NCBI GenBank assembly: GCA_023251805.1
Contig: JAHEYB010000006.1
Span: 4,123-68,122 of the forward strand
Length of the DNA: 64,000 nucleotides
Reading direction: 5' to 3'
Source of the DNA: Bacteroidota bacterium
Lineage (GTDB): Bacteria > Bacteroidota > Bacteroidia > 2-12-FULL-35-15
Positions 1 through 10,712 of this stretch are shown in pieces (position 1 is the first letter of the stretch; the number at the start of each line of letters is the position of its first letter). The notes below the pieces were generated by a model. The model had not been told where the DNA came from. It did no database searches and worked only from the letters and a program-made list of their open reading frames with translations. The position numbers and the translations under genes are program-made.

Positions 1-1
1 C

Positions 2-3000
2 CAATTTATCTTTCGGATATTTTTCTACAGCTTTTATTTCAAGCGCTTGATTGTATGCAGCTTTTGCATCGTCATAACTTTTGGACGCAAAGGCGGCATC
101 ACCTTTTGCAATGGCAGCTAAATATTTTTCATTCAATGCTTTTGAAGCAGCATCTTTATTTGCCAAATCAGAAAGTATTTTATCTATCTCCGCAATTTTA
201 TCCGTAGGATATTGTTCACCCGGTTTAACACCTAGTGCTTCGTAATATGCTGTTTTTGCAGCAGGATATGTCTTTGCTTTGAATGCAGCATCGGCTTTTG
301 CGATAGTAGCTTTGTATTTTGCTTCCAATTCTTTTTCCTTTGCCAAGCGATCTTTTTCTGCTGCATCACCTGCTAATGCTTTTTCTATTTCCGCTAATTT
401 ATCTTTCGGATATTTTTCATTTGGTTTATAACCTAGTGCTTCGGTATAAGCAGTTTTAGCGGCAGCATATGTTTTTGCAGAAAGCGCAGCATCACCTTTT
501 GCAACAGCAGCAGTATATTTTGCTTCAAGCTCTTTTGCTCCCATTTCTTTTGCAAGAATGGCATTTATCTCCGCAATTTTATCTTTCGGATATTTTTCAG
601 ATGCTTTATATGTCAGTGCCTCGTTATAAGCAGTTTTGGCATCGTCATATTTTTTTGTTCCTAAAGCGGCATCTCCTTTTGCTATGGCGGCAGCATATTT
701 TTCAGCCAATTCTTTTTCTTTCGCTAATCGAGCTTGTTCTGCAGCGTCTTTTGAAGCAGCATCTGCAATGGCTTTATCAATTGCTGCTAGTTGTGATTTG
801 GGATAGGCTTCAGCAGGTTTAAATCCAAGTGCTTCGTTGTAACCCGATTTGGCAGCATCGAATGATTTTGTTTTAAATGCAGCATCACCCTTTGCAACAG
901 CCGCTTTGTATTTTTCATCCAACTCCTTTGCGCCCATTTCTTTTGCAAGGATGGCATCTATTTCTGCAATTTTATCTTTTGGATATTGTTCCGATGCTTT
1001 TATGGACAGTGCTTCATTGTATGCCGTTTTTGCAGCAGCATATGTTTTTGCTTTTAAAGCAGCATCACCTTTTGCAACAGCTGCTTTGTATTTTGCCTCC
1101 AATTCTTTTTCTTTTGCCAAACGATCTTTTTCGGCAGCGTCATTTGCTAAAGCTTTTTCTATTTCTGCTAATTTATCTTTTGGATATTGTTCGTTTGGTT
1201 TATAACCTAGTGCTTCGGTAAAAGCAGTTTTTGCAGTAGCATACGTTTTTGCAGAAAGAGCAGCATCACCTTTTATAATAGCGGCTTTGTATTTTTCTTC
1301 TATGGCTTTAGCGCCCATTTCTTTTGCAAGGATTGCATCTATCTCCGCAATTTTATCTTTCGGATATTTCTCAGTTGCTTTGTAAGTAAGTGCTTCGTTA
1401 TAGCTTGTTTTCGCTCCTGCATAATCTTTTGTTCCAAAAGCAGCATCCGCATTTTTAATAGCAACAGCATATTTTTCAGCCAATTCTTTTTCTTTTGCCA
1501 AACGCGCTTTCTCTGCGGCATCTTTTGAAGCGGCATCAGCCAAGGCTTTATCAATAGCAGCTAGTTGTGCTTTTGGATAAGCTTCGGCAGGTTTAAAACC
1601 CAAGGCTTCATTATAACCTGATTTGGCAGCATCGTATGAATTGGTTTTAAAAGCAGCATCCGCTTTTGCAATGGCTGCAGTATATTTATCATTCAATTCT
1701 TTTGCACCCAATTCTTTAGCAAGAATAGCATCTATTTCTGCGATTTTATCTTTCGGATACTGTTCTCCCGATTTAACAGCAAGTGCATCGTTATATGCAG
1801 ATTTTGCCGCATCATACGTTTTTGCTTTTAAAGCTGCATCACCTTTTGCAATAGCTGCTTTGTATTTTGCTTCTAGTTCTGTTGCCTTACCCGCCTCAGC
1901 AATTGCTTTATCAATTTCTGCTAATTTATCTTTGGGATATTGTTCAGCCGATTTTAATCCGAGTGCTTCATTGTACCCTGCTTTAGCGGTTGTGTAATCT
2001 TTTTTAGCAAGAGCGGCATCCCCTTTTGCAAGCGCTGCATTGTATTTATCATTCAGTGCTTTTTCTTTTGCTAAACGATCTTTTTCTGCTGCATCTTTAG
2101 CAGCGGCATCCGCCAATGCCTTGTCGATTTCCGCAATTTTATCTTTTGGATATTGTTCGGCAGGTTTTATACCCAAAGCTTCATTGTAAGTAGCTTTAGC
2201 ATTTGTATAATCTTTTGCAGATAATAGTTTATCGCCTTTTGCAATGGCGGCTGCATATTTTTCGGCCAATGCTTTTTCAGAATTTTCTTTTGCAGCAATA
2301 TCAGCAAGTATTTTATCTATTTCTGCAATTTTTGTTTTGGGATATTGCTCATTCGGCTTTAATTTTAACGCTTCTTCATAACTTGGTTTAGCAAATGTAT
2401 ATAACTTCGAATTAAATGATTTATCAGCATTTGCAATTGCTGTTTTATATTTTTCATCTAATTCTTTTTGTGATTTTTCTTTTGCAAGTATGTCGGCCAA
2501 TATTTTATCAATTTCTGCAATTTTATCTTTAGGATATTTTTCGGCAGGCTTTAAAGCAGATGCTTCTGTATACGCAGTTTTTGCTCCATCATAAGTTTTA
2601 GCTGCTAATCCGGCATCTCCTTTTTGAATAGCTGCTTTGTATTTTGCTTCCAGCTCCGCTCCTTTTGCGGCATCAGCCAATAATTTTGCTATCTCATCCA
2701 ACTTCCCTTTGGGGTAGACTTCAGCGGGTTTTAATTTTAAAGCATCGGTATAAGAAACTTTTGCTGCATCGTAATTTTTTGCAGTAAATGCCGCATCTGC
2801 TTTTGCAATGGCGGCTTTATAATCTGCTTCTAATGCAGCATTTTTAGAAGCATCGGCAATTAATTTTTCTATTTCAAGGATTTTACTTTTGGGATAGGCT
2901 TCACCAGGCTTTATGCTCAAAGCATCAGTATAAGCAGCTCGCGCTGTTGTATAATCTTTTTTACCAAAAGCTGCATCACCTTTAATTATAGCTGCTTCGT

Positions 3001-3616
3001 ATTTGCTTGCTGCTGCGCTTTCTAAAGCCGTTTTGTTTTTTTCTTCTTCCTCCGCTTTCTTAATTGCTTCCTTTTCTATCTGATTTAGTTTATCCAACTC
3101 ATCGAGCATCGACTGTGAATAAGCTTTATCATAGTCTATTTCCTTAATTTTATCATCGTAATAAAACTTCGCTAGGGGCTGACTTAAAATCGCGTTTACT
3201 TGAGAAACAACACCCGGATCTTTTGGCATTTCAAAAAGACTCACTTCTATATCTTGTCCCCCAAACTCTTCTTTGGCACGGTCGTCAGGTACACCTTTTG
3301 TATTAAAATAAAACTTTTTCGAAATGTGTCCCGCTTTTGTAATTGTTAGCGTGTATTCGCCATTCAATTCCATTTTCACATCAAAGCGACCACTAGAGGT
3401 GGTTGTTTGTTGGGCAATTTGTGTTGAGCCTTTGTATAAAGTTACGGTAGCTCCTTCCAGCTTTTTTCTGGTTTTTTTTACTGTACCTTTTACATCGTAA
3501 ATATTGGCTTGTGCTTGGACATCATTTGTGATGAAAACAAAGGTCAACAACAACAAACATCCCAACAATAATTTGGCGTTCTTTTTAAAAATGCTTTTAA
3601 ATGGAGTAAAAATCAT
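2..3616 (-). CDS. Large secreted TPR-like repeat protein with N-terminal carboxypeptidase-regulatory-like domain (3' end beyond window start)
   Basis: Not in the ORF track because the window truncates it. ATG at 3616 reads MIFTPFKSIFKKNAKLLLGCLLLLTFVFITNDVQAQ (signal peptide), then VKGTVKKTRKKLEGATVTLYKG..TTTSSGRFDVKMELNGEYTLTITKAG, then 16 units like YxAAIxKGDAAFxxKxYxxAKxxYxEALxxKPxExYPKxKIAEID. All unit spacings are multiples of 3 and the frame is preserved at position 2. Confidence 0.9.
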   Translation of the reverse strand, partial: MIFTPFKSIFKKNAKLLLGCLLLLTFVFITNDVQAQANIYDVKGTVKKTRKKLEGATVTLYKGSTQIAQQTTTSSGRFDVKMELNGEYTLTITKAGHISKKFYFNTKGVPDDRAKEEFGGQDIEVSLFEMPKDPGVVSQVNAILSQPLAKFYYDDKIKEIDYDKAYSQSMLDELDKLNQIEKEAIKKAEEEEKNKTALESAAASKYEAAIIKGDAAFGKKDYTTARAAYTDALSIKPGEAYPKSKILEIEKLIADASKNAALEADYKAAIAKADAAFTAKNYDAAKVSYTDALKLKPAEVYPKGKLDEIAKLLADAAKGAELEAKYKAAIQKGDAGLAAKTYDGAKTAYTEASALKPAEKYPKDKIAEIDKILADILAKEKSQKELDEKYKTAIANADKSFNSKLYTFAKPSYEEALKLKPNEQYPKTKIAEIDKILADIAAKENSEKALAEKYAAAIAKGDKLLSAKDYTNAKATYNEALGIKPAEQYPKDKIAEIDKALADAAAKDAAEKDRLAKEKALNDKYNAALAKGDAALAKKDYTTAKAGYNEALGLKSAEQYPKDKLAEIDKAIAEAGKATELEAKYKAAIAKGDAALKAKTYDAAKSAYNDALAVKSGEQYPKDKIAEIDAILAKELGAKELNDKYTAAIAKADAAFKTNSYDAAKSGYNEALGFKPAEAYPKAQLAAIDKALADAASKDAAEKARLAKEKELAEKYAVAIKNADAAFGTKDYAGAKTSYNEALTYKATEKYPKDKIAEIDAILAKEMGAKAIEEKYKAAIIKGDAALSAKTYATAKTAFTEALGYKPNEQYPKDKLAEIEKALANDAAEKDRLAKEKELEAKYKAAVAKGDAALKAKTYAAAKTAYNEALSIKASEQYPKDKIAEIDAILAKEMGAKELDEKYKAAVAKGDAAFKTKSFDAAKSGYNEALGFKPAEAYPKSQLAAIDKAIADAASKDAAEQARLAKEKELAEKYAAAIAKGDAALGTKKYDDAKTAYNEALTYKASEKYPKDKIAEINAILAKEMGAKELEAKYTAAVAKGDAALSAKTYAAAKTAYTEALGYKPNEKYPKDKLAEIEKALAGDAAEKDRLAKEKELEAKYKATIAKADAAFKAKTYPAAKTAYYEALGVKPGEQYPTDKIAEIDKILSDLANKDAASKALNEKYLAAIAKGDAAFASKSYDDAKAAYNQALEIKAVEKYPKDKL
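15..3010 (-). repeat. Intragenic tandem array of 16 TPR-like units (180-213 bp) with a higher-order 774-bp period
   Basis: The YP-encoding motif recurs at 15, 207, 408, 588, 801, 981, 1182, 1362, 1575, 1755, 1935, 2148, 2340, 2532, 2712 and 2892. The spacing pattern 201/180/213/180 occurs twice between 207 and 1755, and ctagttgtg is present at both 787 and 1561. Confidence 0.85.
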
Positions 3617-3818
3617 ATTAAATCTTAATTTTCAATTACTTATGACACATATCTTGCGTAATTAGCAAATATCGTAAAAATTGGTTAAAAACAACGCAAA
3701 TCAGACAATAAGTTTGCCACAAAATTTACACATAAAAACAGCGTGTTTTTCTACTGGTTTTAATTTTAATTTTTTTTGCTTACTTTTATAAAAAAAGCCT
3801 TTAAAATATACATCTTCA

Positions 3819-4952
3819 ATGAGTCTAAGCTACTGGGAACAAACTACTTATTTCAACGATATCGATGTCGCAATTATTGGTAGCGGAATTGTAGGATTGA
3901 ACGCGGCATTAACTCTCAAAAAAAAGCATAGTAATTTAAAGATACTTGTACTCGAAAGAGGTATGTTGCCTAGCGGTGCAAGCTCTAAAAATGCAGGATT
4001 TGCTTGCTTTGGCAGTGCAAGTGAACTGCTTACCGATTTAAAAAACACATCAGAAAATGAAACCTTCTCACTGGTGGAAAAACGCTGGAAAGGTTTACTG
4101 CGACTGAGAAAAAATTTGGGAGACAAAACCATTGATTTTCACAATTGGGGTGGGTATGAGGTTTTTGACTCTAACAAACAATATGATTTTTGCGAATCAA
4201 AAATTGCTTATTTGAATAAGCATACTTCTCCTATTATCGGTAAAAAAAATGTGTATCAAAATGCCGACAGCAAGATTAAATCGTTTGGTTTCAAGCAAGT
4301 AAAACACATGATAGTAAATACTGCCGAAGCCCAAATAGACACAGGAAAAATGATTAGCGCCCTCATTTCAAAAGTAAGAAAATTGGGCATTGAAGTCATA
4401 AATGGATTTGATGTAAAAAGTGTAGAAGATGATGGAAAAAGTGTGACAATTAGTGCTAGCGACCATTCTGTTTTAAAATGCAAAAGAGTAATTATTGCGA
4501 CAAATGGTTTTGCAAAGCAGCTTTTACCCGGGTATGCAGTTGAGCCTGCTCGAGCACAAGTTTTAATTACTCAACCCATTAAAAACTTAAAACTAAAAGG
4601 CACGTTTCATTTCGATAATGGGTATTATTACTTTAGAAATATTAACAACAGGGTTTTATTTGGCGGAGGAAGAAATCTGGATTTAAAAACGGAAGAAACA
4701 ACCGAATTTGGTTTAACACAATTGGTGCAAAATAAATTAGAAAGCTTATTGAGTACCATGATACTTCCAAACAGCAAGCACACGATTGATATGCGCTGGA
4801 GCGGAATAATGGGTGTTGGTCCACAAAAGAAAAGTATTGTAAGAGCAACGAGCAACAATGTTTTTTGTGCTGTTCGACTAGGTGGAATGGGTGTTGCAAT
4901 TGGTAGTTTGGTAGGCGAAGAAGTTGCACAAATGGTTTCCGAAAGTATGTAA
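3819..4952 (+). CDS. FAD-dependent oxidoreductase (DAO/PuuB-like family)
   Basis: GxGxxG dinucleotide-binding motif (IIGSGIVG), GASSKNAG, ATNG and a C-terminal GGMGVAIG. Confidence 0.85.
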   Translation: MSLSYWEQTTYFNDIDVAIIGSGIVGLNAALTLKKKHSNLKILVLERGMLPSGASSKNAGFACFGSASELLTDLKNTSENETFSLVEKRWKGLLRLRKNLGDKTIDFHNWGGYEVFDSNKQYDFCESKIAYLNKHTSPIIGKKNVYQNADSKIKSFGFKQVKHMIVNTAEAQIDTGKMISALISKVRKLGIEVINGFDVKSVEDDGKSVTISASDHSVLKCKRVIIATNGFAKQLLPGYAVEPARAQVLITQPIKNLKLKGTFHFDNGYYYFRNINNRVLFGGGRNLDLKTEETTEFGLTQLVQNKLESLLSTMILPNSKHTIDMRWSGIMGVGPQKKSIVRATSNNVFCAVRLGGMGVAIGSLVGEEVAQMVSESM

Positions 4953-5021
4953 CACTTACAATTTTATTTTTACCATTAGAATGTCGTCAATACAGAGACT
5001 TCACTCTGCATTTCCGTTTGA

Positions 5022-8000
5022 CTATACCCTAATGCCAACTACTAAAATATCGTCAACTTGCTCCACGCTTCCTTTCCACTGATTGATGGTTGTTTCAAGG
5101 ATTTGTTTTTGTTCTTGCATGGAATGTTTTTGAATGTTTAAAAGTAATTCTTGAAAACGTTTCGTCATAAACTTCTTTCCTTTTTCTCCACCAAATTGAT
5201 CCACAAATCCATCGGTAAACATATATATGGTGTCACCAGAAGATAAAGTATGTAAATTATTATGAAACACTTTTTTATCCATATCGGATTGCATACCACC
5301 AATCGCAAATTTATTTGCTTGAATTTCTGTTATCACTCCATCACTAATAATGTACAACGAACGATGCCCACCCGCATATTGCAAATCCTTTCCTTCAATT
5401 CGCACAATGGCAATGTCCATTCCATCATTTGTATCATTGTCTTGCTGATTTTGTTTTAAAGATAATCGAACACCATCATTTAAATAATTCAAAATTTTTG
5501 CAGGCTCTAAAATCTTTTTCTCATATACAATTTCATTCAACAAAGAGTTTCCAATCATACTCATAAAAGCTCCGGGAACACCATGTCCTGTGCAATCTAC
5601 ACAAGCTAAAATACTTTTATTTTCAACTTTTGCAAACCAATAAAAATCCCCGCTTACAATGTCTCTAGGTTTAAAAAATACAAATGATTGTGGTAATGAT
5701 TTTTGAATTTCAGTATCCAATGGCAAAATGGCTTTCTGAATCCGTTTTGCATAGTTGATACTATCGGTAATGTCTCTGTTTTTTTGTTCTACCAAAACAT
5801 TTTTATGCTCAATTTCTTGATATGCTACTTGCAATTCATCTTTTTGTTTTTCAATTTTGGCAGTACGTTCAATTACTTTCCCTTCAAGAACTTTATTTTC
5901 TTTCGCTAATTTTTTTGTTTTCCAATTCGTATAGAAAAACGAAAGAGCAATCAAAAGAAAAATGCACAAGAAATAAAACCATGTTCTTCTCCAAAAAGGT
6001 GGCTCAATCACAAAATCAAATTGTGTAAACGAACGTTGTTCCCAAAAACCATCGTTATTACATGCCATTACTTGGAACGTATAATCACCCGGAGGCAAGC
6101 CTGAATAGGTTGCTTCGGCTTTATCGGTAGCCGGACTCCAATCCTTATCAGCGCCAATCAAACGATATTTGTAACGCACCTTTTCAGGATTAGACGTATT
6201 GATTCCAATAAAACTAAAGGTTAAGTGATTGTTTGTGTAATCAAGTACCAACTGTTGAGGTAAGGCGGTTTTTTCATCCAGACTATCTGTAAATTTTTTC
6301 CAATCCGTTTTTTCAAAAAACAATTTTACATCAGTGATATATGTTTTTGGTGGATTTACATTAAGCTCATCGCATTCAGGATTGTATTTTGTCAGTCCTT
6401 TTTTTGTTCCAAACCACAAACAACCATCCGCATCACGAATAGCTGCGTTGTGTGTACATTCAATTCCTGTAAAACCTTCTTCTTTTGCGTAAAAACGAAT
6501 ATCGACCTTCTTTGTATTTTCATACGCCATCATATTTAACTTGTTCAATCCTTTACTGGTAGAAATGTAGAGATTTTCATTTTGGTCGAATACCATCGCA
6601 GCAACAGCATCATCACTCAAGCCATCTTTACTGGAAATAGTTTTAAATGCCTTTCCATCAAACTCACAGATGCCACCACCAAAAGTTCCAAGCCACATGT
6701 TGTTTCTACTCTGCACAATGCTAATTACATTGTTATTTGGCAAGCCTTGTTCTTTTTTGTACACTCTGAATTTTTTTCCATCAAAAATATTTAAACCACC
6801 ATCCCAAGTACCAATGCACAATTCACCTGCATTGTTTGTAACAAGTGTATAGATATACGGACTACTTAATCCGTCTTCGGCAGAATAATTTTTAAAACTT
6901 GTACCATCAAAGCGAGTGAGTCCGCCAGACCAAGAAGCTGCCCATACGTTATTGTTTTCACATAAAATAGTCGTCACAGGAAATGAGGTAATGCCATCTT
7001 TTTTGGTAAACTTTTTTAGTTTCCCATCTTTGAAACTATACAACGCATTTGCATCGCCTAGCCACAAAACACCTTTATTGTCCATTGCCATGGCTGATGC
7101 ATGAAATTTTTCGAATTGTTTGTCGAGCAATTCAATTCCTTTTTCTTTTGAATATTTATAAATTCCGCTAGAGGAATTAATAACTATGTTGCCATCATTA
7201 TCGCTAAGCAATTGATTAACGATGTCGGTTCCCAATCCATCTTTTTCCAGATAGTGGATAAATCGTTCCCCTTGAAACATCACTATTCCTAAGCCCCACG
7301 TGCTAGCCCACAAATTGCCTTCTTTATCTTGTGTAATGTTTAACACAATATCGCCAGGCAAACCCCTCTTAGAATTTATTCTTGTATATATTTTTTTTTC
7401 TTTATTGTATTTCACAATGCCATTACTCGTTGTGGCAAACCACAAATTACCTTTGTGATCATCTATCATCATATAGATTAAACCATTATCAAGGTATGGA
7501 GAAGAGCCGCTTGAAAAAATATATCCACCAGTGGCTTTGCGAACAGCTTTTGTCATTCCTTTGAAAGTAGAAATCCACACATTGCCTTCATCATCTTCAT
7601 TGAAACACATCACAGTATGATGTGTCAATCCATCTTTTTCCGAATATTGTTTTACCTTCTTACCATCGAAACAATATGCTCCACCTTCCCAAACGGCCAC
7701 CCATAAAATTCCTTTGCTATCTTCAAAAACAGACATAATTGGTACTTCCGGGAAACCATCTTTTTGAGTAAAATGTTTTACCTTTTTTCCATCGTAACTG
7801 TACAAACCGTTGTCGGATCCAAACCAAATGGTTCCCGATTTACTTTCAACAATTGTATAAATCTTCTCATTGATTTTTGTGCTAGTATCTTTTAATCTCG
7901 TAAATGTTTGGCCATCGTATTTACATACACCTGCCCCCATTGTTCCTAACCACAAATTACCATTACGATCTTCTATTATCGGACGAATGATATTGTTTGG

Positions 8001-8237
8001 TAGTCCGTCTTTTTCGGTATAATTAATAAATGTTTTGCCATCAAACTTGCTGAGCCCGCCTCCGTAAGTAGAAAACCACATATAGCCTTTTGAATCTTGC
8101 AAAATGGAAGACACTTGCGAATGCGCAAGTCCGTCTTGCACATTGTATTGACGGAAATTGTATTGTTGAGCCTTTAAGCTATGAAAAGCAAAAAGAACAA
8201 AAGTAAAAATGAAAAACGATTTTCTTAGCTGAATCAT
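5022..8237 (-). CDS. Membrane sensor phosphatase: beta-propeller (Reg_prop) + Y_Y_Y + TM + coiled coil + SpoIIE/PP2C
   Basis: Repeated I.EDxxGNLWxGT and DGL motifs, RYKYRL..YSGLPPGDYTFQV, PPFWRRTWF followed by a TM helix, and PP2C motifs VSGDFYW, DCTGHGVPGA, FTDG and DDILVVG. Confidence 0.9.
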   Translation of the reverse strand: MIQLRKSFFIFTFVLFAFHSLKAQQYNFRQYNVQDGLAHSQVSSILQDSKGYMWFSTYGGGLSKFDGKTFINYTEKDGLPNNIIRPIIEDRNGNLWLGTMGAGVCKYDGQTFTRLKDTSTKINEKIYTIVESKSGTIWFGSDNGLYSYDGKKVKHFTQKDGFPEVPIMSVFEDSKGILWVAVWEGGAYCFDGKKVKQYSEKDGLTHHTVMCFNEDDEGNVWISTFKGMTKAVRKATGGYIFSSGSSPYLDNGLIYMMIDDHKGNLWFATTSNGIVKYNKEKKIYTRINSKRGLPGDIVLNITQDKEGNLWASTWGLGIVMFQGERFIHYLEKDGLGTDIVNQLLSDNDGNIVINSSSGIYKYSKEKGIELLDKQFEKFHASAMAMDNKGVLWLGDANALYSFKDGKLKKFTKKDGITSFPVTTILCENNNVWAASWSGGLTRFDGTSFKNYSAEDGLSSPYIYTLVTNNAGELCIGTWDGGLNIFDGKKFRVYKKEQGLPNNNVISIVQSRNNMWLGTFGGGICEFDGKAFKTISSKDGLSDDAVAAMVFDQNENLYISTSKGLNKLNMMAYENTKKVDIRFYAKEEGFTGIECTHNAAIRDADGCLWFGTKKGLTKYNPECDELNVNPPKTYITDVKLFFEKTDWKKFTDSLDEKTALPQQLVLDYTNNHLTFSFIGINTSNPEKVRYKYRLIGADKDWSPATDKAEATYSGLPPGDYTFQVMACNNDGFWEQRSFTQFDFVIEPPFWRRTWFYFLCIFLLIALSFFYTNWKTKKLAKENKVLEGKVIERTAKIEKQKDELQVAYQEIEHKNVLVEQKNRDITDSINYAKRIQKAILPLDTEIQKSLPQSFVFFKPRDIVSGDFYWFAKVENKSILACVDCTGHGVPGAFMSMIGNSLLNEIVYEKKILEPAKILNYLNDGVRLSLKQNQQDNDTNDGMDIAIVRIEGKDLQYAGGHRSLYIISDGVITEIQANKFAIGGMQSDMDKKVFHNNLHTLSSGDTIYMFTDGFVDQFGGEKGKKFMTKRFQELLLNIQKHSMQEQKQILETTINQWKGSVEQVDDILVVGIRV

Positions 8238-8336
8238 CTTATGTAAAAATAGAAAAAATGCCTTAATAAAAGGGCTTATTCAAAAGTATTGATTATCAAA
8301 TTTTTATTGTAAATTTGGTCTACCGAAAACGGCAAA

Positions 8337-10712
8337 ATGAAACACTTTGTCAAAATACATTTCATTCTTCTACTACTCTGCTTTTTCTCTATAAAAAATG
8401 GAATAGCACAAACATTCCTCAATGGCGACTTTGAAATAAACACTGCAGGTACCGACCAAATTAATTTGGGCAATGCAGCGTTCAACGGATTTATGTCGAA
8501 CACCATTGCATTTGGCTCTTTTGGAGATATGGACATTATTTCTTCTGCGACTTATTGTGGTTTAGCACAAAATGGTTTGTGGTATGTAGCATTTACAGGT
8601 TCGGGTACTGATGCAATTACAATGCAACTATCCGCAGCACTAACTGCAGGAACAACTTATACTATTTCTTATTGGGACAAAGGTTGTTGGGGAACTTATG
8701 CAACCAGCTCTCCGGCTGTTGAAATTGGAGTTTCTACTGTAGCAGGAGCTTTTGGAACACCAGTATATGTTGCGCCCCTTCCTACAAATGGTGTTTGGGT
8801 AAACCGAACGTTTTCGTTTGTTGCGCCTGTAAGTGGTGCATTTATTACGGTTCAACTTCCTGCAGGAGGATTAGGTGATTGGACCCAAGTAGATAATTTT
8901 ACTTTTATTATCACCACTCCTACACCACCGGTTACTAATTTTTCGGTATCAAACAATACCATATGTGCGGGCACATGTGTAGCGTTTACCGATTTAAGTA
9001 CAAACACTCCAACTAGCTGGACATGGACCTTTGCGGGAGGAACACCAAGCACATCCACTGTTCAGAATCCTAGTTCTATTTGTTATGCAACTGCTGGAAC
9101 CTATGCTGTAACGCTTAGTTCAAGCAATGCTTCAGGAGCAGATACACTTTTACAAACGAGTTACATTACCGTAAATCCGATTGATGTTGCTACGTTTAAT
9201 TATAGTACTTCATCTTATTGCCAGAGTGGAGCAAACCCAAGTCCAACAATTACAGGAACTGCAGGCGGAACATTCACATCAACGGCAGGTTTATCAATTA
9301 CGGGTTCCACCGGAACAATTAATTTAGCGGCAAGTACTCCCGGAACCTATACTGTTACTTATACAACTGCAGGCGCTTGTCCAGCAACAGCCACTGCATC
9401 CGTGACAATTACAACCATTGCTGATGCAACATTTAATTATGCAGGACCTTATTGTCAAAATGCGACAGACCCTTCTCCAACATTAGGAGCAGGAGCTTCA
9501 TTAGGAACATTTACTTCCACCGCAGGCTTAATAATTAATGCCGCTACGGGAGTTGTTGATTTGAGTGCAAGTACTCCGGGAACGTATACGGTTACTAATT
9601 CTGTTGCCGCTTCTGGAACTTGTCCTGCTGCAACTGCCACTGCTACTATTACAATCAATTCAATTCCTGTTCCTGTTATTACCGGAACAACAACTATTTG
9701 TTCGGGCGCTACAACTGTTTTAACAGCAAGTGGTGGAAGTACTTATGCTTGGAGTACAGGTGCAGTAGTAGCATCGGTGAGTGTGAGTCCTGGCACATCT
9801 ACCACATACACTGTTACAGCAAGCAATGGCGGATGTACTGCCACAGCAACACAATTGGTAACAGTTAATCCTCCTTCAACAAGTTCAATGAGCGCAATAA
9901 TTTGTCAGGGTAGCACATATGCACTTCCATCTGGAACAAGCGTTTCGTCTGCAGGAGTTTATAATGATACTTTAAGCACAATTTCAGGATGTGATAGTAT
10001 TATAACTGTAACATTAAGTGTAACTCCTCCACCTGTAGGAACGATTAATGCAACTATTTGTGCCGGACAAAGCTATACGCTTCCTTCCGGAGCGACTGCT
10101 GCAAATCCAGGGACATACAGCGATACAGTTAGTACTTCCGGTGGGTGCGACAGCATTGTTACGGTTAACTTAACTGTAAATACTGCATTTGTTTTTGCAG
10201 GATTAGATACAGTGATAGATTATGGCAGCAGCACCGTGCTTACAGCATCAGGTGGTATTACTTATTCGTGGTCGCCTTCAAGTGGATTGAGCAGCACAAG
10301 CACTGCAAGCACAACCGCTTCACCAACCCAAACAACATCCTACACCGTTACAGCAACCAACGCGAATGGATGCTCGGCTTCCGATGTTGTGATTGTAGTT
10401 GTTGATTTACCTCCTTGTGCAGGTTCATCGGTTGATTTAAAAACACTTATTCCAAATGCATTTTCTCCAAACGATGATGGATTGAACGATGAATTGTGTA
10501 TTCCTCAAAATCCTTGTATTGTTAAATTAACGATTTCTATTTACGATCGTTGGGGAGAAAAAGTATATGAAGGCGCTTCATTGGATGCTTGTTGGAATGG
10601 AACATACAGAGGCAAAAAATTGGATTCTGCAGTTTTTGCTTATCAGTTTGAAGTAGTATTTGTTGATGGAACAAAAGGAAGTGGAAAAGGTAATATTTCA
10701 TTGATTAAATAA
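8337..10712 (+). CDS. T9SS type B CTD (gliding-motility C-terminal domain) surface protein with PKD/Ig-like repeats
   Basis: Signal peptide, PKD motif (FTDLSTNTPTSWTWTF), Thr/Ser-rich Ig-like repeats, and C-terminal IPNAFSPNDDGLND..IYDRWGEKVY..WNG..KGNISLIK. Confidence 0.9.
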   Translation: MKHFVKIHFILLLLCFFSIKNGIAQTFLNGDFEINTAGTDQINLGNAAFNGFMSNTIAFGSFGDMDIISSATYCGLAQNGLWYVAFTGSGTDAITMQLSAALTAGTTYTISYWDKGCWGTYATSSPAVEIGVSTVAGAFGTPVYVAPLPTNGVWVNRTFSFVAPVSGAFITVQLPAGGLGDWTQVDNFTFIITTPTPPVTNFSVSNNTICAGTCVAFTDLSTNTPTSWTWTFAGGTPSTSTVQNPSSICYATAGTYAVTLSSSNASGADTLLQTSYITVNPIDVATFNYSTSSYCQSGANPSPTITGTAGGTFTSTAGLSITGSTGTINLAASTPGTYTVTYTTAGACPATATASVTITTIADATFNYAGPYCQNATDPSPTLGAGASLGTFTSTAGLIINAATGVVDLSASTPGTYTVTNSVAASGTCPAATATATITINSIPVPVITGTTTICSGATTVLTASGGSTYAWSTGAVVASVSVSPGTSTTYTVTASNGGCTATATQLVTVNPPSTSSMSAIICQGSTYALPSGTSVSSAGVYNDTLSTISGCDSIITVTLSVTPPPVGTINATICAGQSYTLPSGATAANPGTYSDTVSTSGGCDSIVTVNLTVNTAFVFAGLDTVIDYGSSTVLTASGGITYSWSPSSGLSSTSTASTTASPTQTTSYTVTATNANGCSASDVVIVVVDLPPCAGSSVDLKTLIPNAFSPNDDGLNDELCIPQNPCIVKLTISIYDRWGEKVYEGASLDACWNGTYRGKKLDSAVFAYQFEVVFVDGTKGSGKGNISLIK

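Noticed and set aside
469-2391. Several plus-strand ORFs (469-822, 849-1205, 877-1221, 1623-1997, 2203-2391) and a minus-strand out-of-frame ORF (1339-1554)
   Set aside because: They are antisense or alternate-frame shadows of the Ala/Lys-rich repeat gene on the minus strand.
15-3010. Regularly spaced repeats as a possible CRISPR array
   Set aside because: The units are 180-213 bp, in frame, degenerate at third positions and protein-coding. There are no identical repeats with unique spacers and no cas genes.
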